Below, piece by piece: positions 63,052 to 64,000 of a stretch of 64,000 nucleotides of DNA (its first letter is position 1; each line of letters opens with the position of its first letter). Below the pieces are notes generated by a model. That model was not told the DNA's origin, ran no database searches, and was given only the letters and a program-made list of their open reading frames with translations. Origin of the DNA: Lama guanicoe (lineage: Eukaryota). Both the position numbers and the translations under genes were made by a program. The stretch spans positions 978,084 through 1,042,083 of the forward strand of contig MU056050.1 in NCBI GenBank assembly GCA_013239625.1, read 5' to 3'.

Positions 63052-63354
63052 GAGGTCTGAGTCTTGTGTTCTAAACCGTGCTTCTGTGTACAGAGACAAA
63101 CTATTCCGCAGGAAAGAATTCACTCCACATGTTTTCTGGTATTATCCCAACATATTTATTACCTTCCTACATATATTAATTGAGCTCCTACTATATTCCA
63201 GATACCTTGCATTATTCTGAAGACCTAGCAATACAAAAAAGCAAAAGTCTTGCTCTCAAGGAAATGTTCATTTCTGTGATTATCTGACAAGATAGTGTTC
63301 ATGACTTAATGTTAATCACCAACACAGGACAAGGGAATGAAAATGTTACTTAGA

Positions 63355-63356
<2 letters not shown>

Positions 63357-63440
<84 letters not shown>
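63357..63440. repeat. Compound microsatellite (GT)n(AT)n(GT)n(GA)n
   Basis: Read directly. Its reverse complement explains the SLSLSHTHTH run in ORF 63312..63665. Confidence 0.97.
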
Positions 63441-64000
63441 CACATATTTAAGTCTGTAATGTCTCTTTTTCAAATTGTAGATGTGAAACTGATTAGGTTC
63501 AGAGTTGGAATGTATTGGGGTGTATGTGAAAATATTAAGAATCAACTTAAGAAGGTGGTTGAAAGTGGAGCTTGAGGATTGGAGGTAGGGAGAACTTACT
63601 GGCATGTCAGTAGCTTGGTATTTTCCTAGCAGCATACGCAGCACACACTTGCCTTTACCTTCCACAACCTTGAACTTAGCTTGACACAGCTATTAGAGCC
63701 AGGCATCTAAATAGCTTGCATAATAACATTAAGACCCAGTGTCTGATTTTCTGATGATTAACAGGCCTTCAAAGTATATATGATCATGGGATGCGTGTGT
63801 GTGTGTGCCTGCACATTTGCACGCCTGCCCGCATGTGTCTACATTTTAAAGGATGAAAGGCAGACCCAGGACAGATCTGCTTGAAATACTCAAACTGTCA
63901 TTCACAGTATTATTATTCAAGGTCTAGTAGGGGCAGAAATCTCGTTAATGTATTCTTGACTATCTTTTGCTGTTTCGATTCCTTACCAAGGTGCTTCTTT

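Noticed and set aside
569..63665. Short ORFs in the track as host genes
   Set aside because: All are 163 aa or shorter. The recognisable ones are sense or antisense pieces of L1, Tigger1, ERVL or MaLR, or microsatellite read-through; the rest lack recognisable domains or a coherent exon chain.
1..64000. CRISPR array, operon or other prokaryotic/phage system
   Set aside because: No repeat-spacer periodicity or dense coding. The sequence is clearly mammalian, repeat-rich non-coding DNA.

Overview
AT-rich, CpG-poor eutherian mammal DNA. It is most likely camelid, because it carries a vic-1-type tRNA-Ala SINE and I saw no Alu, Bov-tA/BovB or Can-SINE. I recognise no intact host protein-coding gene, functional RNA gene, CpG island or prokaryotic system. 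The ORFs in the track that I can recognise are fragments of dead retroelements or Tigger1; the rest look like chance ORFs. Most of the window is layered fossil transposable elements: a 5'-complete but internally deleted L1 (~2.4-7.1 kb), several older L1M fragments, a truncated Tigger1, two co-oriented ERVL internal regions joined by one LTR16-like LTR (~45.7-53.0 kb), many MaLR/ERV solo LTRs, hAT MITEs, and MIR/L2/CR1 relics. The best leads are modest: a 33-bp near-identical sequence copied 719 bp away into an old L1, the tandem ERVL int-LTR-int arrangement, an L1 micro-insertion with an apparent short 3' transduction, a lineage-restricted-looking ERV1 solo LTR, and a candidate 15-nt microexon. 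I found no well-supported novel biological system. Subfamily names come from recalled consensus sequences, and boundaries without a TSD are approximate; both need RepeatMasker/Dfam confirmation.
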